Assembly (NCBI GenBank): GCA_965247895.1
Contig: OZ252046.1
Location: 2,832,039-2,896,038, forward strand
Direction: 5' to 3'
DNA: 64,000 nucleotides
DNA from: Dehalococcoidia bacterium
GTDB taxonomy: Bacteria; Chloroflexota; Dehalococcoidia; UBA2979
A model generated the notes under the pieces. It saw only the letters and a list, made by a program, of their open reading frames with translations, did not search any database and was not told the DNA's origin. The position numbers and the translations under genes were made by a program. The first letter of the stretch is position 1, and every line of letters begins with the position of its first letter. Positions 1-10,991 of this stretch are shown in pieces.

Positions 1-1074
1 GACGCCGTCGATGGCGGTGATCACGTCGCCGCCGCGCTGGAGGCCGGAGCCGTCCCGGGTCGAGGCGGCGGTCAGGCCGGCGCGATCCGCGGCGCTGCCC
101 GGCACGACGTGGGTGATGTAGACGCCGCGCTCGACCTCGACGCCCGCGTCCTCGGCCGTGAGCGCGTTGAGCGCGATACCGGCGATGCCGAGCTGCGGGT
201 GCTCGATCTCCTCGCCCGCGATCATCCGGGGGATGAAACGCTGCGCCGTGTTCGAGGGCACCGCGTAGCCGACGCCGACGAAGACGCGCTGGCCATACGG
301 ATTCTCCAGCGCCGTGTTGATGCCGACCACCTCGCCCGCGGCATTGAAGAGCGGCCCGCCCGAGTTGCCGGGGTTGACCGCCGCGTCGGTCTGCAGCACG
401 CCGCGGATCGAGTGGCCGCCCGGCGCGCCGTCGGACTCGCGTCCGAGGCCGCTGATGATGCCCGACGTCACGGTGAAACCGAGGCCGAACGGGTTGCCGA
501 TGGCGAAGACCGGCTCGCCCACGCGCACCGCCCCGGAGTCCCCGAACACGGCCGGGGTCAGCGACTCGGCGGGCAGGTTGGCGCGAATCACCGCGAGGTC
601 GTTTCCGGCGTCCATGCCTGTCACCTCGGCGGTCGCCGTCGTGCCGTCGCGCAGCTCGACGACGAGCCGGGTTGCCCCCTGCACCACATGCCGGTTCGTC
701 AGGATGTGCCCGCTGCGGTCGATCACGATGCCGCTCCCGGCGCCCGTCCTGTCGACGCGGATCCGCACGATCGAGGGCATGAGCCGCTCGACGAGGTCCG
801 GCAGGTCGGGCAGGCTGGCCGCCTGCTCCAGGATCGAGGTGGGCGTGGTGGGCCCCTCGGCGGCCGCTGCGGTCTCCGCCGCCGCCGCCGCCGTGGCCGG
901 AGTTGGTGTCGGCGTCGAAGTCGCGGTCGCCGGCTGCGCGGTCGCGACGGCGGCACGCGGCGCTGCGTCGTCGCCATCGCCGCCGATGTTCACGGCGAGC
1001 AGGCCGCCGAGCGTCATTGAGGCAACGATGACGATGCCCATAGCGATGGCGTTGATCCAGGTGCCTGGCCGCAT
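1..1074 (-). CDS. HtrA/DegP-like trypsin-family serine protease with PDZ domain (3' end runs off window)
   Basis: Manual translation from ATG 1074 (GGAGG RBS upstream): N-terminal hydrophobic anchor, ILTNRHVV (His), NDLAVI (Asp), AVNPGNSGGPL (Ser), then PDZ-like GVYITHVVPGSAADRAGL...GDVITAIDG. Absent from the ORF track because it is truncated. Confidence 0.92.
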   Translation of the reverse strand, partial: MRPGTWINAIAMGIVIVASMTLGGLLAVNIGGDGDDAAPRAAVATAQPATATSTPTPTPATAAAAAETAAAAEGPTTPTSILEQAASLPDLPDLVERLMPSIVRIRVDRTGAGSGIVIDRSGHILTNRHVVQGATRLVVELRDGTTATAEVTGMDAGNDLAVIRANLPAESLTPAVFGDSGAVRVGEPVFAIGNPFGLGFTVTSGIISGLGRESDGAPGGHSIRGVLQTDAAVNPGNSGGPLFNAAGEVVGINTALENPYGQRVFVGVGYAVPSNTAQRFIPRMIAGEEIEHPQLGIAGIALNALTAEDAGVEVERGVYITHVVPGSAADRAGLTAASTRDGSGLQRGGDVITAIDGV

Positions 1075-1164
1075 TGCGCACCTCCGTGAGTGCCGGGAGG
1101 ACAGCGGCTGCGAGTCGTGGCGTGCCGCACGTACACGTTACGGCTATGCACCATAACCGGAGCG

Positions 1165-1731
1165 TTAAGTGCCCTGGGCCTCACGGGCGTCTGGAGGAGG
1201 GGTCCAGACCGAGCGATCCTCGATGCCCTCGGCCCGGTAGCGCAGCGCGTTCTCGTGGTAGCTCATCGGACCCTCGGACTCGCGGCGCAGCCGCGCGATG
1301 CGATCGGGCGCGGCCTGCCGCACCTTGCCCGGCACGCCGAGCACGAGCGAGTACTGCGGCGTCTCCATCCTTGGGGGCACGAGGGCGCCCGCGCCGACGA
1401 TCGAGTTCGATCCGATCACGACGCCGGGCATCACCGTAGCGTTGTTGCCGATCAGCACCTCGTCCCCGATCTCGCGTCCGTGCACGACGACGGCATGACC
1501 GATGGTCACGTCGTTGCCGATCGTCAGCGCCTCGTCGCAGTGGAGCACGACGTTGTCCTGCACGTTGACGTCGGCGCCGATGCGGATTGGGGCGTAGTCC
1601 CCGCGGATCACCGCGCCCGGCCAGACCGAGCTGCGCTCGCCGATCACCACGTCGCCGATGATCGTCGCGCCCGGCGCGATCCAGGCGGTCTCGGCGATCT
1701 GCGGGGTCTTGCCCCCGAAGGGGATGATCAC
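1165..1731 (-). CDS. Gamma carbonic anhydrase family (hexapeptide repeat) protein
   Basis: IAPGATIIGDVVIGERSSVWPGAVIRGD, QDNVVLH, TIGHAVVVHG motifs; start overlaps the sppA stop. Confidence 0.92.
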   Translation of the reverse strand: MIIPFGGKTPQIAETAWIAPGATIIGDVVIGERSSVWPGAVIRGDYAPIRIGADVNVQDNVVLHCDEALTIGNDVTIGHAVVVHGREIGDEVLIGNNATVMPGVVIGSNSIVGAGALVPPRMETPQYSLVLGVPGKVRQAAPDRIARLRRESEGPMSYHENALRYRAEGIEDRSVWTPPPDAREAQGT

Positions 1732-2564
1732 GGCCGCCCGCCGGTGTAGAGCGCGTAGCCGCCTCCCGGCGGCAGCGAGGAGTCCAGCTCGGTGAGCAGA
1801 CCGGCGATCAGCGCCGTCGACGCGCGGCCCAGCAGCAGCCCGCGCAGCCCCTTGCGAGGCCGCACCAGCCGCACGCGCCGCGCTGTCTGCGCCTGCTCCG
1901 CCGCCCAGTCGATCACGTCGTCGAGGTCGCCGGTGTCGTCGATCAACTGGTGCTCGATCGCGTCGGCCGCGGCGTAGACCTCGCCGGTGGCGAGCTCGCG
2001 CACATGCTCGCTGTCGAGGCCGCGGCCGCTCGCGACGCTCTCGACGAAGAGGTTGTAGAGGGAGTCGAGCAGGCGCTGTTCCTTCTCGCGCTCCTCCTCG
2101 GTGGGTTCGCGGAAGGGGGAGTGCATGTCCTTGAGCCGGCCGGACTTGCCGACGTGCATCTGCACGCCGAGGCGGTCAAGCGCCTCGTGCACGATCGGGC
2201 GGTAGGAGATCACGCCGATCGCGCCGACGATCGACGAGGGCAGGGCGACGATGCGTTCGCAGGAGGCGGCGATCATGTAGCCGCCGGACGCGCCGATCCC
2301 GCCGATGAAGGCGGCGGTGGGCTTCTCCTCGCGCAGCCGCCGCACGGCGCGCGCAATCATCTCCGAGCCGACCGCCGTGCCGCCGGGCGAGTCGATGTTC
2401 AGCACGACCGCGCGCACCGATTGGTCCTCGCGCAGACGTGCGAGCAGGCGCGCGAACTCCATCGGGCGCACTGCCGGGCCGATCATTCCCTGCAGGTCCA
2501 CGACGGCGACCGACGTGGGTCGCATGCGGTCAAGCCACTGCACCAGCTCGCCCTCCCCGTGCAC
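1728..2564 (-). CDS. sppA: Signal peptide peptidase SppA (S49 family)
   Basis: LNIDSPGG, GASGGYMIA, VGAIGV, SGRLKD, ATGEVY motifs. Confidence 0.9.
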   Translation of the reverse strand: MHGEGELVQWLDRMRPTSVAVVDLQGMIGPAVRPMEFARLLARLREDQSVRAVVLNIDSPGGTAVGSEMIARAVRRLREEKPTAAFIGGIGASGGYMIAASCERIVALPSSIVGAIGVISYRPIVHEALDRLGVQMHVGKSGRLKDMHSPFREPTEEEREKEQRLLDSLYNLFVESVASGRGLDSEHVRELATGEVYAAADAIEHQLIDDTGDLDDVIDWAAEQAQTARRVRLVRPRKGLRGLLLGRASTALIAGLLTELDSSLPPGGGYALYTGGRP

Positions 2565-2699
2565 CGGGGAGTGTACGACAACCGCATCTTGCGGCCCCGA
2601 GCGTGACGGCGCGCACGTGACATTCGCCCGCCCGCGCGCTAGGTTTGATGCCGTTCGCTGTCCCTGCGGGGATACGCGTACCGACGCCGTGGGGGTGTT

Positions 2700-4520
2700 G
2701 TGCGTCGTTGCATTTTGTTGTCCGGTGCATTGTTGGTGCTAGCTGTCGCCGCCATTGGCTGCGAGCAGACGGCGGAACTCATCCCCGGACAGGAACCCAC
2801 ACCCGCGGCGGCGACTCCCGCCGCCACGCCTGTCGCCCCCTCGCCGACGCGGACACCCACGGCCGCCGCCACGGCCACGCCCACGGCCGTTCCCACGGCG
2901 TTGCTCCTCCCCGCGGAGTTGCAGCCCGTCGCCGACGAGGAGGACGTCGTCGCCGCCGCCGAGGGAGATGGTGCTGACGGGGCCAGCGTCGCGCCGGACG
3001 ACGACGCGAGCGAGGTCGCGGAGGAGGACGAGCCCGATCCGGACGAGTTCCGCGCCGAACTGGCGCGCAGCGTCGTGCAGGTATTGGTGACCGATTCGGG
3101 ATCGAACCCGCCCGTCGTGCGCGACGGCAGTGGCGTCGTCATCGACGTCGACCATGGCTTGATCCTGACCAGCGCCCACGTCGTCGAACCGTTCGAGGAC
3201 GACGGCTCGCGGCGCTACAGCGACATCGCGATCGCCGTCAGCCCGGTTCCGGGCAGGGAGCCGGTGGTGACCTATCGCGCCGTCCTGGCAGCGCTCGACC
3301 GCAGTTCGGAGTTGGCGGTCCTGCGCGTCGTCGGGCTGCTCGATGACGTGAGCAGTCCGGGGGCGGCAGCAGCGGACGGGGACGCAAGCAGTACCGGCGG
3401 CGCGGTCCTCGTGCTGCCCTCCGCCGCGATCGGCGACTCGAACAACCTGGCGAACGGTGAGACGTTGTTGATCCTCGGGCACCCCGGGCTGGACCCCTCC
3501 GGCGCGCTGACCACGCAGGCCGTGACCGTCACCGAGGCGAAGTTGACGGGAGCGCGCGGGGACTCGGTCCTCGGCGATCGCGCCTGGCTGAAGACCGACG
3601 CGTGGCTGCCGCACGGCTACGCCGGGGCGGCGGTCTTCAACAGCGCGGGAGACCTCGTCGGGATCGCCGCGCAGCCTGCGTACGGGGTCGCCGCGCCCGT
3701 CTCCCATGTCCGCCCGCTGGATCTCGCTGCCACGGTGATCGAGGAGGCGCGGCGGAGAGGCCCGGGATCGGCCTACCTGCCGCCGCTCTCCCACCCCGGC
3801 GGCGTCCCCGGCACCTCGCTTGCCGCGCCCGGCGACGGGGTCGTGGTCAGCGCACCGCAGTTCGCGACCGAGGTGATCGAGGAGGACGGCGAGCGCAACC
3901 TCTTCGACTACGGTCGCGTCTTCTCCTGGCGGACGCGGGAGCTGCAGTACGAGTTCGTCGCGCAAGGCATACCGAGCGGCGCGATGGTGCAGGAGATCTG
4001 GTACTACTACCGCGCCTTCCAGGATCACCTCTCCTCGACCTACCGATGGACATCCGGCCCCTTCGCGGTCGTGTCGGACCGGCTCGCCTCGCCGAACCCC
4101 GCCGGGATTCCGGAGGGCGTGTGGACGCTCGAGATCTGGGTGGACGGGCACCTCCGCGCCTCTGGCCGCGCGTTCGTCGGCGTGTGGACGCCCACGCCGT
4201 CGGTCGGCGATCTGCGCTTCGGCTCGACGCTGAGCCGCATCGAGCCCGGCAAGGCCGAGCCGCCCGAGGTCGGGTCGCCGCAGTTGCTCGCCTTCTTCGA
4301 CTACCAGGGCGCCTCGACGGTGGAGCATCTGCGCTGGCGCGTCTTCCGCAACGGCGAGCTGGCCTACGAGTCACCAGACGTGCCCTGGCGTGGCGGCGAG
4401 AACGGCACCTGGTGGGTCGGCCTGCCCTTCGAGGACGGCCTCCGCATCGGCGCCTGGCAGGTCGAGATCTGGTTCGACGACGTGAAGCTGGCCAGCGGCA
4501 GCCTCGCGCTCACGCGCTAA
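2700..4520 (+). CDS. Lipoprotein with trypsin-like domain (catalytic triad degenerate) and two C-terminal beta-rich domains
   Basis: Lipobox AIGC, Pro/Thr linker, GSGVVID, LTSAHVV, SELAVL, KTDAWLPHGYAGAAVFN (Ala at the Ser position). Confidence 0.8.
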   Translation: MRRCILLSGALLVLAVAAIGCEQTAELIPGQEPTPAAATPAATPVAPSPTRTPTAAATATPTAVPTALLLPAELQPVADEEDVVAAAEGDGADGASVAPDDDASEVAEEDEPDPDEFRAELARSVVQVLVTDSGSNPPVVRDGSGVVIDVDHGLILTSAHVVEPFEDDGSRRYSDIAIAVSPVPGREPVVTYRAVLAALDRSSELAVLRVVGLLDDVSSPGAAAADGDASSTGGAVLVLPSAAIGDSNNLANGETLLILGHPGLDPSGALTTQAVTVTEAKLTGARGDSVLGDRAWLKTDAWLPHGYAGAAVFNSAGDLVGIAAQPAYGVAAPVSHVRPLDLAATVIEEARRRGPGSAYLPPLSHPGGVPGTSLAAPGDGVVVSAPQFATEVIEEDGERNLFDYGRVFSWRTRELQYEFVAQGIPSGAMVQEIWYYYRAFQDHLSSTYRWTSGPFAVVSDRLASPNPAGIPEGVWTLEIWVDGHLRASGRAFVGVWTPTPSVGDLRFGSTLSRIEPGKAEPPEVGSPQLLAFFDYQGASTVEHLRWRVFRNGELAYESPDVPWRGGENGTWWVGLPFEDGLRIGAWQVEIWFDDVKLASGSLALTR

Positions 4521-5299
4521 CGGCTCGGCGCACCCCGACTTCGCCCCGGGCCGATCAGGCCTCAGCGAGCAGCGTGCGCAGCTGCGCGAGCGTGATGTTG
4601 GCGCCGCTCAGCACCAGCACGACGCGGCGGCCGCGCAGCCGATCGCGCGCCTCGAGCGCGGCCGCCAGCGGCGCCGCTCCCGCCGGCTCGACGAGCAGGT
4701 GCGCCTGCTCCAGCAACTCGACGACGGCCGCCCCGATCGCCTGATCCTCGACGAGCAGGAAGTCGTCCAGGCGGTCACGCAGGATCGCCTGCGTGACCTC
4801 GAAGCCGGTCCCCGTCGCCATGCCTTCGGCCATCGTCGCGTCCGGGCGCTCGACGATGCGCCCCTCGCGCCAGGAGTCGTGGCCCGCCGGCGCCTGCGCC
4901 GACTGCACCGCCCAGACCTCGCACGCGGAGCCGAGGCCCTCGCGCGTCAGCACCCAGCCGCAGGCGCCGGAGCCGCCTCCGAGCGGGACGATCACCAGCT
5001 CCGTGTCCGGCTGCTGCCCCTCGTGCGGGTCGAGCACCTCGAGCGCCGCGGTCGCGACGCCCGGCAGCAGCAGCGGCTCGTCCACGGCGACGAAGCGCAT
5101 CGCGTGCTCGGCGGCGAACTCGAGGGCGGCGGCGTTGGCCTCGGCGAAGCGCGCGCCCTGCTCGCGCACCTCCGCGCCGAGCCGCCGCATCGAGGCGATC
5201 TTGTCGGGGTTCGCGCCCTCCGGGACGAAGACGACGGCGCGCAGGCCGTGCAGCCCGGCGGCGTAGGCGATCGACTGCCCGTGGTTGCCGGTCGACGCC

Positions 5300-5598
5300 A
5301 CATCGGCGGCGTGCTCCCGCATGTCGGACACATCAGCTTCGAGCCAATCGCCCTGTCCGCCGCGGCCGGACGGCCGGGCTCCGTGGTCAAGCAGGTTGTC
5401 GTGAGCGGCGGCGTCACGCCCTACGGGTACGAACTGGTCGATGCGCCCGAGTGGGCGGCCGTCAGTTCGACCGGCTTCGTCAGCGTGACCAACGTGCCCG
5501 TCACGGAGCGGCGCAAGAGCGTTGAGTTCGCGGTCAGGCTCACGGACGCGAACGGGCTGGCGGTCCTCGTGCCTGTCGCCGTCACCATCGTCAACTAG
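5300..5598 (+). pseudogene. 5'-truncated gene fragment, Ig-like beta-sandwich (surface or phage-tail-like C-terminus)
   Basis: Reads ...VVVSGGVTPYGYELVDAPEWAAVSSTGFVSVTN...FAVRLTDANGLAVLVPVAVTIVN* with no start inside the inserted segment. Confidence 0.5.
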
Positions 5599-5635
5599 CC
5601 TGCTACACTGTCGTCTTGCGTAGGAGGCTAGCACG

Positions 5636-6268
5636 ATGAGACTCCGCTACGCCCTCGTCGGCGTGCTGCTCAGCATCCTCGCGGTCCTCGCCATCGTGCC
5701 GATCGCGCAGGCACAGGACGACCCCTACGGCGACGGCCTCACGTGCGGCGACCTCCGCGGGTGGTTCCGCGAACACTTCCCTCGCGAGACGGAGCTGAGG
5801 GACGCCATACTGGACCGGATCGAGCCGTGCGCGGTCGACGATTGGCTCAACCACGGCATGGTGTTCCTGGCGATGAACGAGGTGGACGGCGACGACGCCG
5901 GGGCTCTTGCCGCCATGGGCAAGGTCTTCTTCGAGAGTCGCAACGGCCATCACGTCACCAGCGGGCAGATGGATGGCTGGATCGACGCTTGGCTGGCGTT
6001 CCACGATGAGCAGGCGGAGGCGGTCCTAGCTGCTCTGCCAACGCCAACGCCGTCTCCCACACCGGAGCCGACGCCGCGGCCGGAGCGTACGCCGTGGCCG
6101 GAGCCGACTCGAACAGGGGAGACCTTCCAATCGCAGGTTGTGATATGCGTTGGCCCGTACGTCAACACTTGGGGCGGTACCAGCTGCGAAAGTAAAAGGT
6201 ACGACACGTCCGCGGACCCGGTCACGTGTCACATCATGAGCGACGGCTTTGTCGAGTGCGAGCAGTGA
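5636..6268 (+). CDS. Secreted hypothetical protein with Pro/Thr linker and Cys-containing C-terminal domain
   Basis: GGAGG RBS, signal peptide ending AQA, PTPTPSPTPEPTP linker, four Cys in the last ~45 aa. Confidence 0.75.
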   Translation: MRLRYALVGVLLSILAVLAIVPIAQAQDDPYGDGLTCGDLRGWFREHFPRETELRDAILDRIEPCAVDDWLNHGMVFLAMNEVDGDDAGALAAMGKVFFESRNGHHVTSGQMDGWIDAWLAFHDEQAEAVLAALPTPTPSPTPEPTPRPERTPWPEPTRTGETFQSQVVICVGPYVNTWGGTSCESKRYDTSADPVTCHIMSDGFVECEQ

Positions 6269-6289
6269 GCCTGACAAGTGAGCCTGACA
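6264..6289. repeat. 13-bp tandem direct repeat AGTGAGCCTGACA x2 at the right junction of the inserted segment
   Basis: Exact copies at 6264-6276 and 6277-6289. Confidence 0.95.
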
Positions 6290-6492
6290 GGAGGCCGCGC
6301 AGCTTGAACGCGCCGATCGGGTTGGCGAACTCGAGCTTGAGGGAGACGTGCGCATCGAGGCGCTCGGAGAGCGCCGGCGAGTAGACCAGGGGCGTGGGCA
6401 GCGGCAGCAGTCCCGCGAGCGCCTCGGCGGCGCGCCGGATCTCCTCGATGCCCGGCGGCGTCGCCTCGGGGTCGCGTTCCGTCACTGCCGTG

Positions 6493-7533
6493 TTACCGCA
6501 GCGTGCCGTCGTCGTTGTAGATCGCGTCCACGAACGAGCCGTCGAACACCGTGGAGACGTCGACCGGGCCCTCGAAGGAGGGGTCGAACGCGAGCAGCAC
6601 CGTTTGCAGCGCCTCCCACTGGTCGAGCGTGGCGCGGCCCATCCCGTTGGCGCGCTGCGCGTTGCGCAGGTCCGTCTCCAGCAGGAAGCGCTGGTGCGCG
6701 GGGTCCGCGCCCTCGGCGTGGGTGAGCACGATCTCGATCGCCTCCTCGACGTTCGCGGCGGCGTAGTTCGCGCCGCGCATCGCGGCGCGCACGAACGCCT
6801 GCACGAGGTCCCGGTCGTCCTCGATGGTGTTGGCGCGGGTGAGGAGATTCAGCCCGAGCGTGGAGACGCCGTAGTCGGTCGGATCGAAGACGTTGATCGC
6901 GACGCCGGTATTGCGGATGCGGTTGGGCTCGTTGCTGAGGAAGACGGGGAAGACATCGACGCCGCCCTCGATGAAGACGCGCTCGTCGAAGGGGACGCCG
7001 ATCAGGTCCACGTCGTCCGCCTCGAGGCCCGCGCTGGCGAGCAGCGCGAGCAGCTCGGCGGTCACGACGCCGCCCTTGAAGCCGACGCTGCGCCCGGCGA
7101 AGTCGGCGGGGCTGTCGATGCCGGAGTCGGCGTGCGCGACGAAGCCCTGGTCGCCGCGCTGCCCGAAGAGCGCGATCGAGCGGACCGGCGTCTCCGCCGC
7201 CCGCCGCCGCATCAGCTGCGCAGCGGTGCCCGTCGTGAAGTGGACATTGCCGGCGAGCAGCAGCTGCAGGTGCTCGCCCTGCGTGGAGTGCTGGATCGTG
7301 ACCTCGAGGCCCTCGTCGGCGAAGTAGCCTTGCGCGGCGGCGACGTAGACGGCGGTGAAGGGCAGGGTCGCCTGCGGCCGGAAGCCGGCCATGAAGGTGA
7401 TCTCGCGCAGCTCGCCGTTGTCGTCATCGCCGTTGCAGGCCGCGATGAGCAGCGCGGCGAGTGCGAGCATCGCAAGCAGCACTGCCGCCGTCCGCCTCGG
7501 TGCGCGCATCGCGGTCGCTGTTGGTGTGTTCAT
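6493..7533 (-). CDS. ABC transporter substrate-binding lipoprotein, NMT1/THI5-like
   Basis: Lipobox IAAC; FMAGFRPQATLPFTAVYVAAAQGYFADEGLEV; GIDSPADFAGRSVG; SNEP. Confidence 0.88.
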   Translation of the reverse strand: MNTPTATAMRAPRRTAAVLLAMLALAALLIAACNGDDDNGELREITFMAGFRPQATLPFTAVYVAAAQGYFADEGLEVTIQHSTQGEHLQLLLAGNVHFTTGTAAQLMRRRAAETPVRSIALFGQRGDQGFVAHADSGIDSPADFAGRSVGFKGGVVTAELLALLASAGLEADDVDLIGVPFDERVFIEGGVDVFPVFLSNEPNRIRNTGVAINVFDPTDYGVSTLGLNLLTRANTIEDDRDLVQAFVRAAMRGANYAAANVEEAIEIVLTHAEGADPAHQRFLLETDLRNAQRANGMGRATLDQWEALQTVLLAFDPSFEGPVDVSTVFDGSFVDAIYNDDGTLR

Positions 7534-7570
7534 GGCTGGTCTCCTGTAGCGAGCATCGGGGCTGGGGGCC

Positions 7571-8547
7571 TTACGGTCCGGTCGAGGAGTCGTGCCAGAA
7601 CAGCAGCCGCCGCTCGAGCAGGGCGAGCGCGGCGGTGAGCGCCACGCCGATCACGGCGAGCACGACGATCGCGCCGAACAGCGTCGGCGTGTCGAAGTCC
7701 CCGTGCGCGATCACGATCAGCTGCCCCACCCCCGCGTCCGCCCGGATCCACTCGGCGATCACCGCCCCGATCAACGCCAATGGGATCGAGATCCTCAAAC
7801 CGGCGAACAGGTAGGGCAGCGATGAGGGCAGGCGCAGCCGCCACAGCACCTGCCGGCGCGAGGCGCCGAGCGCCAGGAAGAAGTCGTGCGTTGCCGCATC
7901 GATCGATCGCAGGCCGGTGATCGTGTTCACGAGCATCGGGAAGAAGGTGATCAGCCCGGCGACGATGAACTTCGGCCAGACGCCGAATCCGAACCAGATC
8001 ACGATCAGCGGCGCGACGGCGACGACCGGAGTCACCTTGACCAGGATCGCCAGCGGGTAGATCGCGCGCTCGAGCATTCGCGAGTGCGCCATCAGCACGC
8101 CGAGCAGGAAGGCGCTGCCCGCGCCCAGCAGCAGCCCGCCGAGCGCGTGCTGCGCGGAGACGCTGCCCGCCTCGAGGAAGCGCGAGGGGTCCTCGGTGAG
8201 CGTGACGAACACCCGCGAGGGCGCGGGCGCGAGGTAGATCGGCACGTCGCGGACGCGGATAAAGAGTTCCCAGGCGAGCACCAGCAGCAGCGCGGCGGCC
8301 ACGGGCGGCGCGCCCGTCAGCAGCAGCTCGCGGCCGGCGGGCAGCGCCCAGCCTCGCGCCGCGGGCGGCTGCGCGACGTAGAGGGTCGCGTCCAGCAGAT
8401 CGGCCTGGTCTCGCGAGGCCTCGCGCGCCGGAGGCAGCCGCCGCGGCGAGACCGCAGGGCCGCTCCCGCCGCCGGCGAGTTCGCCGGGGATGCCGTCGAG
8501 CAGGTCCGCCAGGCCGGCGGGATCCGGAGCTGCGGTCGCGCGCCGCA

Positions 8548-8548
<1 letters not shown>
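7571..8548 (-). CDS. ABC transporter permease (SsuC/TauC/NitT type)
   Basis: LAPAPSRV, TPVVAVAPLIVIWFGFG, FFPMLVNTITGLRS, LPSSLPYLFAGLR. Confidence 0.9.
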
Positions 8549-9354
<806 letters not shown>

Positions 9355-9520
9355 CGTCGCTGCTCCCCGCGTCGAGCCGGCGGGCCCGGTGGGGCCGGTT
9401 GCTGCTCGCTGCCGCGCGCCGCTAGGCTTCGTGCGGCTCATTGTACGGACAAGCGGCGGGGACGCGCCGCGCTCCCCGCGCCTTCCGGCGGTTCGCCGGA
9501 CCTGGAATCGAGGACTGCCG

Positions 9521-10189
9521 ATGTCTCGCACCATCGCCCTGATCGGGGGCACCGGGCCGGAGGGCCGCGGCCTCGCCCTGCGTTTCGCCCTCGCCGGCCG
9601 CGACGTGGTGATCGGCAGCCGCAACGCCGAGCGCGGCGAGAGCATCGCCGCCGAGCTGCGCGAGAGCCTCGAGGGACGCGAGGGCCTGGGCGAGCTGAGC
9701 GGGGCGGCGAACGCGGATGCCGTCGCGCAGGCGGAGATCGTGGTCGTCACCGTCCCCTACGAGGGCCACGCGGCGACGCTCAGCGACCTCGCCGGCGCGC
9801 TCGCGGGCAAGCTCGTCGTCGACGCCGTCGTGCCGGTTCGCTTCGAGCGCGGCCCGCGCCCGGTCGAGGTCGCCGCCGGCTCGGCCACCGAGGAGGCCGC
9901 GGCGCTGCTGCCCGACTCGCGCGTGACCGGCGCGTTCCACAATCTCTCGGCCGAAGTCCTGCTCGACCCCGACGAGCCCGTGCGTGCCGACGTGCTCGTC
10001 ACCGGCGGCGACGAGGAGACGAAACGCACGGTCTGCGCCCTCGCCGAGGAGATCGAGGGCGTGCGCGCCGTCGACGCCGGCCCGCTGCGCTACTCGCGCT
10101 TCGTCGAGGGGCTGACGATCCTGCTGATCGGCATCAACATGCGCCACCGCGCCCGCACCCACGTGCAGGTCTCGGGCCTCCCCGAATGA
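9521..10189 (+). CDS. npdG: NADPH-dependent F420 reductase
   Basis: IALIGGTGPEGRGLALRFA, VIGSR, VTVPY, GAFHNLSA, VDAGPL; adjacent to cofE. Confidence 0.9.
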   Translation: MSRTIALIGGTGPEGRGLALRFALAGRDVVIGSRNAERGESIAAELRESLEGREGLGELSGAANADAVAQAEIVVVTVPYEGHAATLSDLAGALAGKLVVDAVVPVRFERGPRPVEVAAGSATEEAAALLPDSRVTGAFHNLSAEVLLDPDEPVRADVLVTGGDEETKRTVCALAEEIEGVRAVDAGPLRYSRFVEGLTILLIGINMRHRARTHVQVSGLPE

Positions 10190-10214
10190 GCGCCCGCACC
10201 GTGGCCGGCCGACC

Positions 10215-10991
10215 GTGACCACCGAACAGCAAGCCGCCTACCCCGACGTGCGCGTGATCGGCGTCACGGGGATGCCGATGGTGCAGGACGGCGACGACAT
10301 CGCAGCGCAGGCGATCGAGGCCGCCGCCGCGCAGGGCACGCCGTTCCTCGATGGCGACGCGATCGTCGTCGCGCAGCGCATCGTCTCCAAGGCCGAGGGC
10401 CGCGTGCTGCCGCTCGACGACTTCGAGCCCTCGCCCTTCGCGCTCGAGTGGTCCGAGGCCTGGGACAAGGATCCGCGCCAGACCGAGGCGGTGCTGCGCG
10501 AGTCGGTGCGCGTCGTCCGCCAGATGTACGGCGTGCTGATCACCGAGACGCGCCACGGCTTCGTCTGCGCCAACAGCGGCGTCGACGCCTCGAACGTCGG
10601 CGGCGCGGACCTGATCTCGCTGCTGCCGGTCGACCCGGACGCTTCGGCGCGCGCCTTCCGCGACGGCGTCCGCGAGCGGCTCGGCGTCGAGGTCGCCGTG
10701 ATCGTCAGCGACACCTTCGGGCGCGCCTGGCGCACGGGCCAGACGAACATCGCGATCGGCCTCGCGGGGTTGCGCCCGTTGCGCCCGCTGGAGGGCCAGC
10801 CCGATCTCGACGGCCGCATCATGCGCGTCAGCACGCCCTGCCCCGCCGACGAGATCGCCGGCGCGGCCGGGCTCTCGATGCCGAAGAGCGAGGGCGTCCC
10901 GGTCGTGATCGTGCGCGGCTACGCCTACGAGCGCGGCGAGGGCTCGGCGCGCGAGATCGTCCGAGCCGGCGGCGACGACCTCTTCCCCTGA
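10215..10991 (+). CDS. cofE: Coenzyme F420-0:L-glutamate ligase
   Basis: IVSKAEGR, ETRHGFVCANSGVDASN, SDTFGRAWR, DEIAGAA. Confidence 0.93.
   Translation: MTTEQQAAYPDVRVIGVTGMPMVQDGDDIAAQAIEAAAAQGTPFLDGDAIVVAQRIVSKAEGRVLPLDDFEPSPFALEWSEAWDKDPRQTEAVLRESVRVVRQMYGVLITETRHGFVCANSGVDASNVGGADLISLLPVDPDASARAFRDGVRERLGVEVAVIVSDTFGRAWRTGQTNIAIGLAGLRPLRPLEGQPDLDGRIMRVSTPCPADEIAGAAGLSMPKSEGVPVVIVRGYAYERGEGSAREIVRAGGDDLFP

Larger units (their letters stand above)
4555..6485 (-). pseudogene. PLP-dependent threonine/serine dehydratase interrupted by a foreign segment of about 1 kb
   Basis: N-part 6485..~6293 (PTPLVYSPALSERLDAHVSLKLEFANPIGAFKLRG); C-part ~5299..4555 (ASTGNHGQSIAYAA, VPLGGGSG, VEPAGAA, LSGAN). 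The connecting ~20 codons are missing. Confidence 0.88.

Noticed and set aside
109-1156. Long plus-strand ORFs 109..1020 and 314..1156, and many similar long Arg/Ala-rich ORFs such as 35461..37863 and 25638..27677
   Set aside because: Antisense or off-frame shadows of recognisable genes, expected at this GC content; no motifs.
5299-6293. Intron or intein in the dehydratase gene
   Set aside because: The insert has stops in the host frame, no splicing motifs, no RT or homing endonuclease, and host codons are missing.
9355-9520. TPP or FMN riboswitch ahead of the NMT1-type ABC operon
   Set aside because: The conserved riboswitch core motifs were not recognisable on either strand.
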